44,392 bases of DNA, from the IMG/VR virus record IMGVR_UViG_3300012031_000023, positions 1 through 44,392 of that record; one strand, 5' to 3'. The notes below the pieces were generated by a model. That model did no database searches, was not told the origin of the DNA, and was given only the letters and a program-made list of their open reading frames with translations. This DNA comes from a virus (taxonomy: Duplodnaviria; Caudoviricetes). Position numbers and translations under genes: made by a program. Below, one piece after another: positions 29,701 through 39,183 of this stretch (the stretch's first letter is position 1; every line of letters starts with the position of its first letter).

Positions 29701-32700
29701 CCTTATCACATCAGCAATGTTTAGTGATCAGGTAGATTTACCTAAAACAATGAGGTTTGTGGGAGACGCATATGAGAGAATAATTTATTCTTGGGTGATA
29801 CGATACTTGGAGAATATGTCCACATTCTTAGATTTGTCAGAAGTTGACCTTATTGAAAACTTCGAAGACTATACTGAAAATAACACACGACTTGATAGAC
29901 TCTTTGGGGATTCGTTCAGCTTCGCAGATGGTTATGGTATTAAAAATGTAATATCAACTGCTGCTATGTTACGTATGCTTGAACTTACAAAACCTGCAAT
30001 ATTTAAAGTTGAAAATACTTGGATCGTAAAGCGTCATGATGGATCATACCACACTGTCGAAATATCAAACGCACAAAAGAGTAAGTTTTTCCGAGCACTC
30101 ACCAACAATACACAAAAAGTCACTGAAGACTCAGATGCTTTCCCGAACGTAGGAGATTATTCTAGTGGTGACTACTTGGTTAGAGGAGTGTCTTCTCAAA
30201 AGACTATAACATTGTACCAGTTATCGGGTGGATTATGGTTGGAAGTGGATGTGGTAGGAAAAATATCAAATCTATTATACGAATTTGAAGAATTGTTGTA
30301 TGCAGCCGGTCAAAGACAAGAGCCTCTTGAAGAATTCTATAATATACAACTGACTACAACAGATGAAGGATTTAATGCACTAGAGGAAGCAGAATTTATT
30401 ATTCATGTTGGTGAAGATTCACTAATCAATAATACGTTCGATAGTGGAAACGCATTTACATGGAATTATGCGTCATCAGATGTACAAGAACATCCACTCA
30501 GCGGAGTGTTTTCTGCAAATGATAGGGGTTCATGGGAAGCCCTCTATGAGAGCGTGTACGGTACAGCATACCCCCATAGAGAGCCATGGGCACTACAAGG
30601 TTACAATGACGAACCCGAATGGTGGAGAGCCATCTATATAAACACAGATTCTGCAATCAATAGATTTTGGAATGAAGTAATGTGGGATAATATTTTTAAT
30701 GGTGTGGTGCCACTTGGAAGAGAGTTACCAGATGGAACACTTTCTACTGGAAACATTGGAGAGATTTCTGAGACATATGACTATTCTCCAGTAAACATAA
30801 CATCTTCTGTAGTTGCCGGTATTGGCGCTGATGAATTAGCACCACCGTATTGGGATGGCTCACTATCTGGAGACTCTAGATTTAAGCCATTATTTGACAG
30901 AAGTTTGGGGAACTATGTAGTTTCTCCTAACGCAAACTTCGTGTATGGACAGGATGGAACATCCGAGTGGGAATGGAAGAATTCAACAGCATACAGATAC
31001 TTTGTATTAAAAGCTGCATATCTACTTGACCCAATTGAATTCTTTAGCCGCAACTATGGTGATGACTTAATATCAGTGGATTGTTTATTAGTAAATAAGG
31101 CAACAGAAAACATAAACCCGCACTCCAACACTGTATTTCATGGAGATTATAATGAAGATGGTTCGGTTTACTTATCCAGTGGTATTCAACAGTGGATTGT
31201 AAACCATAATAGATTTTTGGAATTAGATGGTGGATCATCCGAATATAGAGAACTGTGGACAAACTGGGATATCAATGCGAGCTACATTTTTAATTCGCTT
31301 GTAAACGATACCACTCTAAGAGTGTCTGGTGATAGTATTGATATAGTATCTAGTGATTATAACACCACAATAGATCGAGAATTAAGATCATCTGAAAATA
31401 CCTTTTCGGCTATAAACTGGGCAGTGGAGAGAAAAGCTTCTATTATAGATAGATTTAATTATGAAACAAGTAATTGGGTGTTTAGGCCATACATACAGAG
31501 TCCAAAAACTGAAAAGAAGATAGAATATTACTCTCCCCAAAATTATAAGGTTAGAACTTTGGGTTCGACCGCATTTACAACTGGTGGATATAATTTAGAC
31601 GCCGCGGAAGTTAGAAGACCTAGAGGGACTTGGAGGGGTATATACTCTTCACCACTTTCTATGAATGATATCACTGATCTTACAGGTGGTCCGTATCAAT
31701 TTACAATAGATATTGATTCTACTAGTACTACGGTTGTTCAGTTGAACGGCACACCGTCACCAAACACAGCCACGGTTGAAGAAGTTATAGACAATATAAA
31801 CACGCAATTGGATGGAGCATCGATTGCACTGGAAAATGGCTTTTTGGTTATAACCAGCGATAGTACAGGTGGTGGATCATCGATAAGCATATCTTCTGAT
31901 AATTTATTCCCAACTATAGCCAGCGGTTTCACTTCTGAGACAAACTTGTCTAGTTTTGAATTTGGAAAAATATTTTATGTTTCTGGTAATGCGCTGGGTG
32001 ATTTTGTAGAAGGTGATAGTATATCAGTGACCGGCTCTTCAAATTATGATGGGCCATACACAGTAGATACAATTTTTTATGATGTTAGAAACAATGAAAC
32101 ATTAATTACTGTATTGGAAGATGTAACCATCGCAGATGATGTAGTAGATGGAATACTTAATCCAGAAAACATAGCCACTATACCATGGGAAACAGGCCAA
32201 GAGGTATTTCTAAACACTGACGGTATTCTTCCGGGTGATTTTGTTAATTATGTTCCATATTACATAATAAAAATAGATGATACAACTTTCCAATTAGCGG
32301 AAAACGCCAGTCTGGCTGAAGATGGATTAGCTATTTCATTTTCGACATCGGGTGCTGGAACCTTTTGGGTAGGAAAAGTTACAAACACATTTAAACCTTT
32401 AACTGGACAAATTGACTATGCATTTAGGCGACACGAGCCAGACACTCGTACTATTAAGACACTCTATGAAGGCCAGAGTGTAACAAGAATTCAAAGCCTT
32501 GTTGATATTGTGTTTGGTTATGACGCTTTATTAGAAGAGCGTGGGATAAAATCTGTGCCATACGATAGATCAAACAAGGCAGAAAATAGTGGTAGGGATA
32601 ATGAGTGGATACTCGAACTTGAGAACTACATTGTATGGTTAGACACTCTGGTACAGAGGGCAGACGAAACTCCCCCTCGTATAACTGGAACTGTAGATAC

Positions 32701-35700
32701 TGATTCTAGTTCGTTCATCAATCTATCTGGGCAGTTTTCAACCACTGGGCAGAGAGTTAGATTAAAAACCGAGACAGGACAAATACCCAATGAGTTAGAT
32801 AACCCGTTTAACTCATTCATACCCTATTACACAATTGTAACTATGTCGGGTGCTATTCAACTGGCATATAGTTTAAGAGATGCAGAAGCGGGTAGATATG
32901 TGAACTTTTCTACTGGTTCTGGGGAAATAATATTAGAGATATTTAAAGCTGATAAAATACTTCCCAAAAAAATGATGAACCCATATTACAAGCATTTTGT
33001 ACTATCTCATGAAAGAGGACTCCCTAGCAGTTTTGAGCGCTTAAAGAATGGAGTATTCGAAAAACAGAACATATATGATGCAAGTGGTAAGTATATTGAT
33101 TTAGAAAACATACTGTTTTTCAGAAATGATTTAGAAACAAGCGTAATGTTAACTGAAAACAGTGACAATCAAATAGTCAGCGCAGATTATTCAATGTTTG
33201 AGGTTTCACATATTTGTAGATTTAACCAGTATACAACTGGTGGAAGTTTAGTATATGATCCATTCTTAGGAATAAAGACTCCTAGAATATTTTTAAGCTT
33301 TTTACGGCCCACCGAAAATACTGGAAGAATCCATGTTGGTGGATTAGTATTGAGTGATGAATCTCTAGTGGATAACATAGAAAAATCTGTTCAAGATATT
33401 AGAGACTACTATGACATATACAATAACATCCGGGGTGATGATACTACCGAAGCTGTAAGAAGGTCTGTCGGCTATCAGGGACCCAACGCGTATATGGAAG
33501 ACCTAGGTATAAATGATAAGTCACAATTCATATTTTGGAAATCGTTCATACAAAGTAAAGGAACTAACTTTTCTCTAGAAGCGTTCACTAACCAGAAAGT
33601 GTTGAGTGGTGTGTCAGTAGACGAATTTTGGGCATATCGCGTAGGTGATTTTGGTGATGCTAAAGTTAGAGCCTATCCAGAAATAAAACTAAAAACAGAT
33701 GATGTCGTTAAAACTGAACTTAGGTTAGAGTTTGTTCCACCGACCGGTGGCACAGTTGGTAGAAATTATTCACCAATACGCTTAACCGATGCAAGCCGTT
33801 GGGAAAACCTACCCGATGTAATTGAACTTATGGAACCCTTCAGTGGTTATTTCTTGGATGTAGAAGTAGTTGAGGTAATAGAAAACGCTGAAAATGAACT
33901 AACACCAGCGTCAGTGAATTTAACTACCAATAGAATATTACGCCTACAACATCCTGTGTATGGAGCAAGAATAACTTATTCAATAGGTGGCACTGACTTT
34001 GTTGCTACTGAGGGAATAAACTACGACTTCATTAACGGACTTTTGATAGAGTTTACAGCAAGTAATATAGATCAGTGGGAAAATATAACAGTTACAACTC
34101 TATCATATGCTTATGATAGTACTAATATTTTTAAACTTATAGACAATAGACGAGTTGAAAGTGTGGTAGCCGACATCCCGATTTGGAACCCAGCCCTTGG
34201 TCAAGAAAACCCTCTTGGTAATTATCCAATTGATTTTAAATTAACGGGAGACCCAGCAACCTACACGGACGATTTAAACGATGGAAGAGTGTCAGAAGTA
34301 TTTTGGGATAATAAACAACTTGGAAAAGTTTGGTTGGATACAACTCGAAAAGGGTATGTCCCATACTATGATAAATTTATATACTCTACCCAAGAAGAAC
34401 GTAGTCTACGGTGGGGAGACTTAGCCGAATATGGTGAAATTGAAATGTATCGTTGGGTAGAAAGTGCATTCTCTCCAGAGGAATACATGGAAGAAGTTTC
34501 TCGCCAAGAACCAGAGAATATTCTACTAAGCGAAAAATTAACAGGAACACCTAGGGCCGTTGTGTATAAAAATATGGGCACAATGGATTCACCTATCTGG
34601 GTAGAAGAACAAACAAAAATTAAAACGTTCCCATTGTCTGGTGTAAAGTCCTCTGACACAGATATATTTGAAGCTGGAGAAACCATAGATGTATATGAAA
34701 ATGGAATATATTCCTTCACGTTCGAGTTCATAAATTATCCAGTTATGCTGGGACTGTTGAACGCAACATGGGACGCAGGAAATCTACAAGGAAATTCTAT
34801 TATATCATTGGTGAGAGAAGAACATGTCCCAAGTGGCGACGAAATGGATAATATGGAATACATTATCGTATACCCACATTCTAAAGTGGAACACGTTAAT
34901 AGACTTAGTGGAAAATCACAATTTAGGTACTTCTTCTGGGCCAGGGGTGAGAAGTCTGATAAGCTATTGAACGATAGCTCATTAACACTCTTGGATGCAG
35001 AACGAGAGCTTGCTGATATGACTAATCCATATGCCATCATTGACGGCTTTAGATATGAGGGTACAGGGTATGGAGTATTATTTGGTTCTACCTATGATCC
35101 TGAAGGAAACGATCTACCATTGAGATTCTCCCAACTTATTGTCAAGGGTCTAGCTGATACAGTTAAAAATAATTCTGATTATCTACTGAGACTTAGAAAA
35201 GATTTTACACTGCGAGATGATCTAGGTGGCGACTTAACTAAAAAGAACAAACATGAAGACTGGAAACTTATAAGAAAAAATCAAACCGCTAAGATAGATT
35301 TTGTGCTTTGGAAAAAGGTAGTAGAAAGTATTACCGGTTTTAAAGTGGTTGACGATGAGTTTACTGTGGATGAAACAACCAGTGTTCCTTCTCCCCAACG
35401 AGTTAGATATGATGGCCTAGTAATGGGCGCAGCGTCCAGAATAGGATTGGGTGAAGGTCAGGTTATAGTAGATCAGGTGACATTACGGGAATTACTTGTT
35501 CAAATATTGTTCGATCCACGGAGAGAGTGGTCGGTCGGAGATATTGAAGTATTTTATGAAACATATGATTTGACTAGAACTGAAGGATATGTTTCAATGT
35601 TGAGAAACATTTACACCGCTTTCACTGTTAGAGAAGTGAATGATATATTCTTTGAAATTTTAGAAAACTCTATGGTTGCTAGAAGAAAGCACCCGGATTT

Positions 35701-36004
35701 CTTTAAGACTTCATGGGTCGCTGTTGATGTTGGAAATGTTGGAACAATTCTAGAGAGTGAACCGCTGGAAATTGTTAGCGTGGTGCCAACTGAGATGGAA
35801 TGTGCCGTGGGCCTTCCACCACCACCTACACCAACACCTACACCAACAATTAGTGTAACACCATCGATTACACCCACACCAAGTGTAACATCATCACCAA
35901 CTCCGACACCAACTCCGACACCATCAACATCACTGGCACCAATAACAGTAGAGTTTGAATGGAATGAACTTAATGATTGGGAAGTTAGCTTTAGTGACGG
36001 TTGA
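26750..36004 (+). CDS. Giant baseplate / virion structural protein (3084 aa, gp7-position)
   Basis: Single uninterrupted ORF after gp6; F.PPINIDKIINYQDYYW, PH.EPW..QGY...P.WW and FFKTSW motifs; internal repeated beta modules; C-terminal Pro/Thr linker. Confidence 0.8.
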   Translation: MSRKHITDYKKGEVVDTSTLLPEYSRSRLWDGISKNILNRFLTKKNFEEVTGYVGKEATNTVLSRISEDSEFLQKNQLQEVISTSVGSETKFMTFEKFLEKLERDGVDISRFNEWGETLQFNFYPPINIDKIINYQDYYWTNRETSPNYITVEKQSTRSNAKYDELKRGIFSDITETGPSTEINMAPDGMFIVHDVEENRYVPVVKVGGVIESLDDWTLNLTSFNEYVKLDRGIASLVGNELRVDGQFLTGAAEGFILSLYTTLGGSQEFVTVSSYEIDENNNQTIFTLNETPITSPTKVSVHPYTLAARNEALYFNDILEPLPIDELSVYDAGEPVWYTRRLEVSSTTGTVTTLGSNVLDESVESFATLIPSGVDYGVRILTGPNKGDYDVESFTMGTLTVSGQEFFVDSQIEYSIYVKDELTQNVVPQEADFWFDQNSNTLKQFISGTWVDKIYFFSILYDSENSKLRADSNDWAEENVWVHKNQLTSLSGNRQAVQPIIEYKNYIELSSFSRFVFEWAYRSSSTENYENVSSEPNLLEIKPLEIPDTESPTFFVGFPSDKIIHVPEEYGNLATVIYPGDKINLEGFNNNDGQYTVDSVEFVQVSFGERYQTVITVVESLTVITNSDGGGTIYPDVTSLGDSYDSTANHWAFVGIRSITASGAEPEVNPMLGLGSEFSTNITNTVGEQYQTKIGLNWQEFNPLNTYSGAIIELDPSLHDLSLFEDYQEGDLRVYIDNRRVYGDFLDLSNSIGEFVTGVQFDSDIEITPENKIRVELGEYWVEDIGRRDVTVIDKSGNIDSYNLSRYKKIEQVKTLANQYPLFKLYDIFGTPIEDANPIFWFKENSEFGINRTLDARVEFKRNTRDLVFEHGLVDDQGRLRCYLDLRDGQIKTIWKRGEMYELSVPSKVGDDWDITNNWRYNIQHELRKEVSLTDLFRHFKTMTIAQEPTKYNSSLPEEIFHALDHPNLGLGGTIKEHNGNLDLITSAMFSDQVDLPKTMRFVGDAYERIIYSWVIRYLENMSTFLDLSEVDLIENFEDYTENNTRLDRLFGDSFSFADGYGIKNVISTAAMLRMLELTKPAIFKVENTWIVKRHDGSYHTVEISNAQKSKFFRALTNNTQKVTEDSDAFPNVGDYSSGDYLVRGVSSQKTITLYQLSGGLWLEVDVVGKISNLLYEFEELLYAAGQRQEPLEEFYNIQLTTTDEGFNALEEAEFIIHVGEDSLINNTFDSGNAFTWNYASSDVQEHPLSGVFSANDRGSWEALYESVYGTAYPHREPWALQGYNDEPEWWRAIYINTDSAINRFWNEVMWDNIFNGVVPLGRELPDGTLSTGNIGEISETYDYSPVNITSSVVAGIGADELAPPYWDGSLSGDSRFKPLFDRSLGNYVVSPNANFVYGQDGTSEWEWKNSTAYRYFVLKAAYLLDPIEFFSRNYGDDLISVDCLLVNKATENINPHSNTVFHGDYNEDGSVYLSSGIQQWIVNHNRFLELDGGSSEYRELWTNWDINASYIFNSLVNDTTLRVSGDSIDIVSSDYNTTIDRELRSSENTFSAINWAVERKASIIDRFNYETSNWVFRPYIQSPKTEKKIEYYSPQNYKVRTLGSTAFTTGGYNLDAAEVRRPRGTWRGIYSSPLSMNDITDLTGGPYQFTIDIDSTSTTVVQLNGTPSPNTATVEEVIDNINTQLDGASIALENGFLVITSDSTGGGSSISISSDNLFPTIASGFTSETNLSSFEFGKIFYVSGNALGDFVEGDSISVTGSSNYDGPYTVDTIFYDVRNNETLITVLEDVTIADDVVDGILNPENIATIPWETGQEVFLNTDGILPGDFVNYVPYYIIKIDDTTFQLAENASLAEDGLAISFSTSGAGTFWVGKVTNTFKPLTGQIDYAFRRHEPDTRTIKTLYEGQSVTRIQSLVDIVFGYDALLEERGIKSVPYDRSNKAENSGRDNEWILELENYIVWLDTLVQRADETPPRITGTVDTDSSSFINLSGQFSTTGQRVRLKTETGQIPNELDNPFNSFIPYYTIVTMSGAIQLAYSLRDAEAGRYVNFSTGSGEIILEIFKADKILPKKMMNPYYKHFVLSHERGLPSSFERLKNGVFEKQNIYDASGKYIDLENILFFRNDLETSVMLTENSDNQIVSADYSMFEVSHICRFNQYTTGGSLVYDPFLGIKTPRIFLSFLRPTENTGRIHVGGLVLSDESLVDNIEKSVQDIRDYYDIYNNIRGDDTTEAVRRSVGYQGPNAYMEDLGINDKSQFIFWKSFIQSKGTNFSLEAFTNQKVLSGVSVDEFWAYRVGDFGDAKVRAYPEIKLKTDDVVKTELRLEFVPPTGGTVGRNYSPIRLTDASRWENLPDVIELMEPFSGYFLDVEVVEVIENAENELTPASVNLTTNRILRLQHPVYGARITYSIGGTDFVATEGINYDFINGLLIEFTASNIDQWENITVTTLSYAYDSTNIFKLIDNRRVESVVADIPIWNPALGQENPLGNYPIDFKLTGDPATYTDDLNDGRVSEVFWDNKQLGKVWLDTTRKGYVPYYDKFIYSTQEERSLRWGDLAEYGEIEMYRWVESAFSPEEYMEEVSRQEPENILLSEKLTGTPRAVVYKNMGTMDSPIWVEEQTKIKTFPLSGVKSSDTDIFEAGETIDVYENGIYSFTFEFINYPVMLGLLNATWDAGNLQGNSIISLVREEHVPSGDEMDNMEYIIVYPHSKVEHVNRLSGKSQFRYFFWARGEKSDKLLNDSSLTLLDAERELADMTNPYAIIDGFRYEGTGYGVLFGSTYDPEGNDLPLRFSQLIVKGLADTVKNNSDYLLRLRKDFTLRDDLGGDLTKKNKHEDWKLIRKNQTAKIDFVLWKKVVESITGFKVVDDEFTVDETTSVPSPQRVRYDGLVMGAASRIGLGEGQVIVDQVTLRELLVQILFDPRREWSVGDIEVFYETYDLTRTEGYVSMLRNIYTAFTVREVNDIFFEILENSMVARRKHPDFFKTSWVAVDVGNVGTILESEPLEIVSVVPTEMECAVGLPPPPTPTPTPTISVTPSITPTPSVTSSPTPTPTPTPSTSLAPITVEFEWNELNDWEVSFSDG

Positions 36005-36041
36005 TAAAAATGAATAATTCAAAATTGAGGTTAAAAATAGC

Positions 36042-38495
36042 ATGAGTTCTATAAACATAAATGGTCAGTGTTGGGATATACAAGAATCTCCATGGAATGA
36101 TGCTACTATACGCTACTCGGGTCCAGTCACAGGTCCAATATATGGTCTTAGGTTTTCCATTGGAGCTTCTGATTTTTTGGGGTTTGACGCAGAGGTAACA
36201 CTTAGCGTAATATCCGATGCAATACCCGAAGAAGATGGAGGCGCGGGGGTTGTAATAGATACATTTACCGTAGCAGATGGGCAGAGATATCTTTACACCT
36301 TGGAAGATCAAGGCGTGTTTGATGGGTCTACAATAATAGAACAATTTGAGAATGAGTTGATTTTAGACTTTTCTTTTACTAGTGAAGCCTTACCCGATGA
36401 TGGGGGAATATTAGAACAGCCACCAACTCTCACTATATGTGATATAGAAGTGTTAATGTTGACGGAAGAATCGACTATACCTCCTACCCCTACACCATCA
36501 CCTTCATCATCACCCCTACCAACACCCTTACCGGCAGTAGAGTGGGCTGATACAACATCAAATAGTTTCTGGTCTGATGATTCGCCTTCGTGGAGTCCAA
36601 CCTCGCTATATACCGATCCGTGTTGGGAGTATACCACATCTGGGTGGAATGATGGCTCCGACTTAAAGTTTAATACATTTTTTGGAAATACTCTTGTTGA
36701 AGGCTTTAGAGTAACGTTAACGGTAAGCGGTAGTGGTGATACCACTGGCTCAATTAGTGTGCAGGGAAGCGACATCAGTCTGTATGAGGAGGACATATCA
36801 TTGGTTGACGGGGTACCGAACACGATCACCATATTAGCGGGTGGGGAATTTAATATGGCCAACACAACTGTTAATATACAACCAGATTATCAATTCAATG
36901 GTTGGACTGGCACTCTTACAATTTGTGACATAGAACTGTTGACGGCAGCAGTATTCGGGACACCACCACCCGGAGCAGAGGGAACACTTCTACCTTTACC
37001 GACAAGACCATTGGACCCTACACCAACCCCTACACCAACACCTACCCAGACACCCACACCAACTCCATCATTTACACCGGGGCTGGGTGATCCATTTATG
37101 TTCACGGTAGACCCCACTGAAAATAGGCCGCAATTTGGTGGCATACGGGATGTTGGTCTCCTAATTTATGGAGAGGCCGCAGGTTTTATAGATTGGGGTG
37201 ACGGAAGCACACTTTTCCCGTTTATTGCCTCAGCCACAAGTTTCCCCACCTCAGTACTGATGCGACATACATATAGTACCACCTCTGAGAAAACTGTTAG
37301 AATATATGGAACAGCCAGAAGAATAGTACTAGATAGAGAACGATCCGAGCTTACAGTAAAGCGTGTGCTTTCCTTTGGTGATTTAGGTTTGACTAGCCTA
37401 GAAGATACATTTAATGACCTTAGAAACTTGGTGGAGGTTCCAAGTTCACTACCATCTACTGTTACTATTATGAGGAATACGTTCCGGAGCACACAAACAT
37501 TTAACCAAGATATTAGTGGATGGGATACAACAAATGTAACAGACATGTCTTCTACATTCCAAGCCGCACAATTATTTAATCAACCCCTAAATGCTTGGAA
37601 CGTTTCTAATGTTACAAATATGGCCGAAATGTTTAGCTCCGCTAGAGAGTTTGATCAACCATTAGATCAATGGGAAACTGGAAATGTTCTTAATATGTCA
37701 AGAATGTTCCGAGGGTCGGATTTCAATCAAAATATCAATGCGTGGGATGTATCCATGGTTGATAATATGAGTGCAATGTTTGATGGTACCGACTTCTTTA
37801 ACCAACCACTAGACCAATGGGACACCAGTAGTGTTCTTAATATGAGTTCAATGTTCTCTGATAGTGCATTCAACCAACCACTGAATGATTGGAACACCAG
37901 TAGTGTTACTAACATGAGTTCAATGTTCTCCAGCAATTCGGTATTTGATCAACCTCTAGGTCAATGGAACACCAGTAATGTACTCGACATGAATGCAATG
38001 TTCAGATTTGCCCAAACCTTTAACCAACCATTAAATAATTGGGATGTTTCCAGTGTAACAAACATGGGAAGAATGTTTTCCAGTGCCAGTACATTTAACC
38101 AACCACTAGACCAATGGAACACCAGTAGTGTCCTCGACATGTCTGCAATATTTCAGAATGCGTCAGTATTTGATCAACCACTTAATACTTGGAACGTTAC
38201 TAGTGTTACAAATATGACTGATATATTTGCCGGAGCATCTACATTTAACCAGCCACTTAACCTGTGGAACACCTCTAGTGTATCTAGTTTTGCTATGAAT
38301 AGGGCCTTCAACACAGCAACTGCCTTCAACCAAGATTTGTCAAGCTGGTGCGTTGAAGTAATCGGCTCTCTTCCTTTCTGGTTCGACCGTGATACACCTG
38401 CGTGGGTATTACCTAAACCTAATTGGGGTGCAGTATGTCCAACACCTACCCCAACACCTACCCCAACACCAACACCTACCCCGAGTAGTCTTTAA
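36042..38495 (+). CDS. Adhesin / fiber-like protein with BspA/DUF285-type repeats and Pro/Thr linkers
   Basis: GAGG RBS; two related N-terminal domains, IDWGDG (PKD-like), twelve F(N/D)Q(P/D)L..W..S.V..M repeats and PT linkers. Confidence 0.85.
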   Translation: MSSININGQCWDIQESPWNDATIRYSGPVTGPIYGLRFSIGASDFLGFDAEVTLSVISDAIPEEDGGAGVVIDTFTVADGQRYLYTLEDQGVFDGSTIIEQFENELILDFSFTSEALPDDGGILEQPPTLTICDIEVLMLTEESTIPPTPTPSPSSSPLPTPLPAVEWADTTSNSFWSDDSPSWSPTSLYTDPCWEYTTSGWNDGSDLKFNTFFGNTLVEGFRVTLTVSGSGDTTGSISVQGSDISLYEEDISLVDGVPNTITILAGGEFNMANTTVNIQPDYQFNGWTGTLTICDIELLTAAVFGTPPPGAEGTLLPLPTRPLDPTPTPTPTPTQTPTPTPSFTPGLGDPFMFTVDPTENRPQFGGIRDVGLLIYGEAAGFIDWGDGSTLFPFIASATSFPTSVLMRHTYSTTSEKTVRIYGTARRIVLDRERSELTVKRVLSFGDLGLTSLEDTFNDLRNLVEVPSSLPSTVTIMRNTFRSTQTFNQDISGWDTTNVTDMSSTFQAAQLFNQPLNAWNVSNVTNMAEMFSSAREFDQPLDQWETGNVLNMSRMFRGSDFNQNINAWDVSMVDNMSAMFDGTDFFNQPLDQWDTSSVLNMSSMFSDSAFNQPLNDWNTSSVTNMSSMFSSNSVFDQPLGQWNTSNVLDMNAMFRFAQTFNQPLNNWDVSSVTNMGRMFSSASTFNQPLDQWNTSSVLDMSAIFQNASVFDQPLNTWNVTSVTNMTDIFAGASTFNQPLNLWNTSSVSSFAMNRAFNTATAFNQDLSSWCVEVIGSLPFWFDRDTPAWVLPKPNWGAVCPTPTPTPTPTPTPTPSSL
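37500..38348 (+). repeat. Twelve DUF285/BspA-like coding repeats (~72-75 bp)
   Basis: Counted directly from the translation, from FNQDISGW to FNQDLSSW. Confidence 0.9.
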
Positions 38496-38570
38496 TGTTG
38501 GTGGTGGGGTTCTAGCAGAAACTAATAAAACTATTTGATATTAATAAAAGTTACTTTTAATTACAACTAG

Positions 38571-38578
38571 TATAAATA
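38571..38578 (+). promoter_or_regulatory. Late promoter TATAAATA inside the IS left end
   Basis: Exact consensus, 5 nt before the tnpA ATG; no RBS in between. Confidence 0.6.
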
Positions 38579-38583
38579 GATGC

Positions 38584-39183
38584 ATGACTAAATTAATTTC
38601 GTTACAAAAAACATGTGATTTTCTTGGACTATCGAAGTCTGGACTTCGCACAACCCCTGAATCGGTTCTTCCGGTTTACCGCACTGCTGGTGGACACCGA
38701 AGATATAAACTCCAAGATGTGCAAGCATTAATGGGTGAAACCAATACGACTGAAAACCAAACCGACCGAGTAGTGATTTACAGCAGGGTGTCGTCCCACG
38801 GACAGAAGAAATCAGGTGACCTAACTCGACAAAAAGAACGTCTTCTGGGCTATTGTATCAATAAACAGCACACTATCATTGCCAACCTCGAAGAGGTTGG
38901 GTCTGGTATGAACGATAAGCGACCTAAACTTGTTAAGTTGATTTCTATGGCATGTAACGGAGAAATAGATAAAGTAGTAATCGAACACAGAGATAGATTA
39001 ACTCGGTTTAACTTCAACATATTCAAATTATTTCTTCAGCACCACAGCGTGGCAATAGAAGTGGTTTCCGAACCAGAAACATTGAGCTTCGAGGACGAAC
39101 TAGTATCGGATATTATTTCTCTTATGACATCATTTTCAGGGAAAATTCACGGGAAGCGAAGCCACGTAAATGTTAATAAGTAA
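38584..39183 (+). CDS. tnpA: IS607 transposase (serine recombinase with N-terminal MerR-like HTH)
   Basis: RTAGGHRRY, YSRVSS catalytic motif, EVGSGMN..R.KL, HRDRLTRF and ELV.DIISL.TSFS.KIHG.RS. Confidence 0.93.
   Translation: MTKLISLQKTCDFLGLSKSGLRTTPESVLPVYRTAGGHRRYKLQDVQALMGETNTTENQTDRVVIYSRVSSHGQKKSGDLTRQKERLLGYCINKQHTIIANLEEVGSGMNDKRPKLVKLISMACNGEIDKVVIEHRDRLTRFNFNIFKLFLQHHSVAIEVVSEPETLSFEDELVSDIISLMTSFSGKIHGKRSHVNVNK

Noticed and set aside
36046-36055. GTTCTATAAA matching the reverse complement of the IS607 right end
   Set aside because: Only 10 bp in AT-rich coding DNA; insufficient to call an IS scar.
37500-38348. Possible diversity-generating retroelement target (TR/VR)
   Set aside because: No reverse transcriptase in the window and no repeat pair differing only at adenines was seen.
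38496-38583. IStron (group I intron fused to IS607)
   Set aside because: The left end is under 80 bp, leaving no room for a ribozyme core, and the insertion is intergenic.
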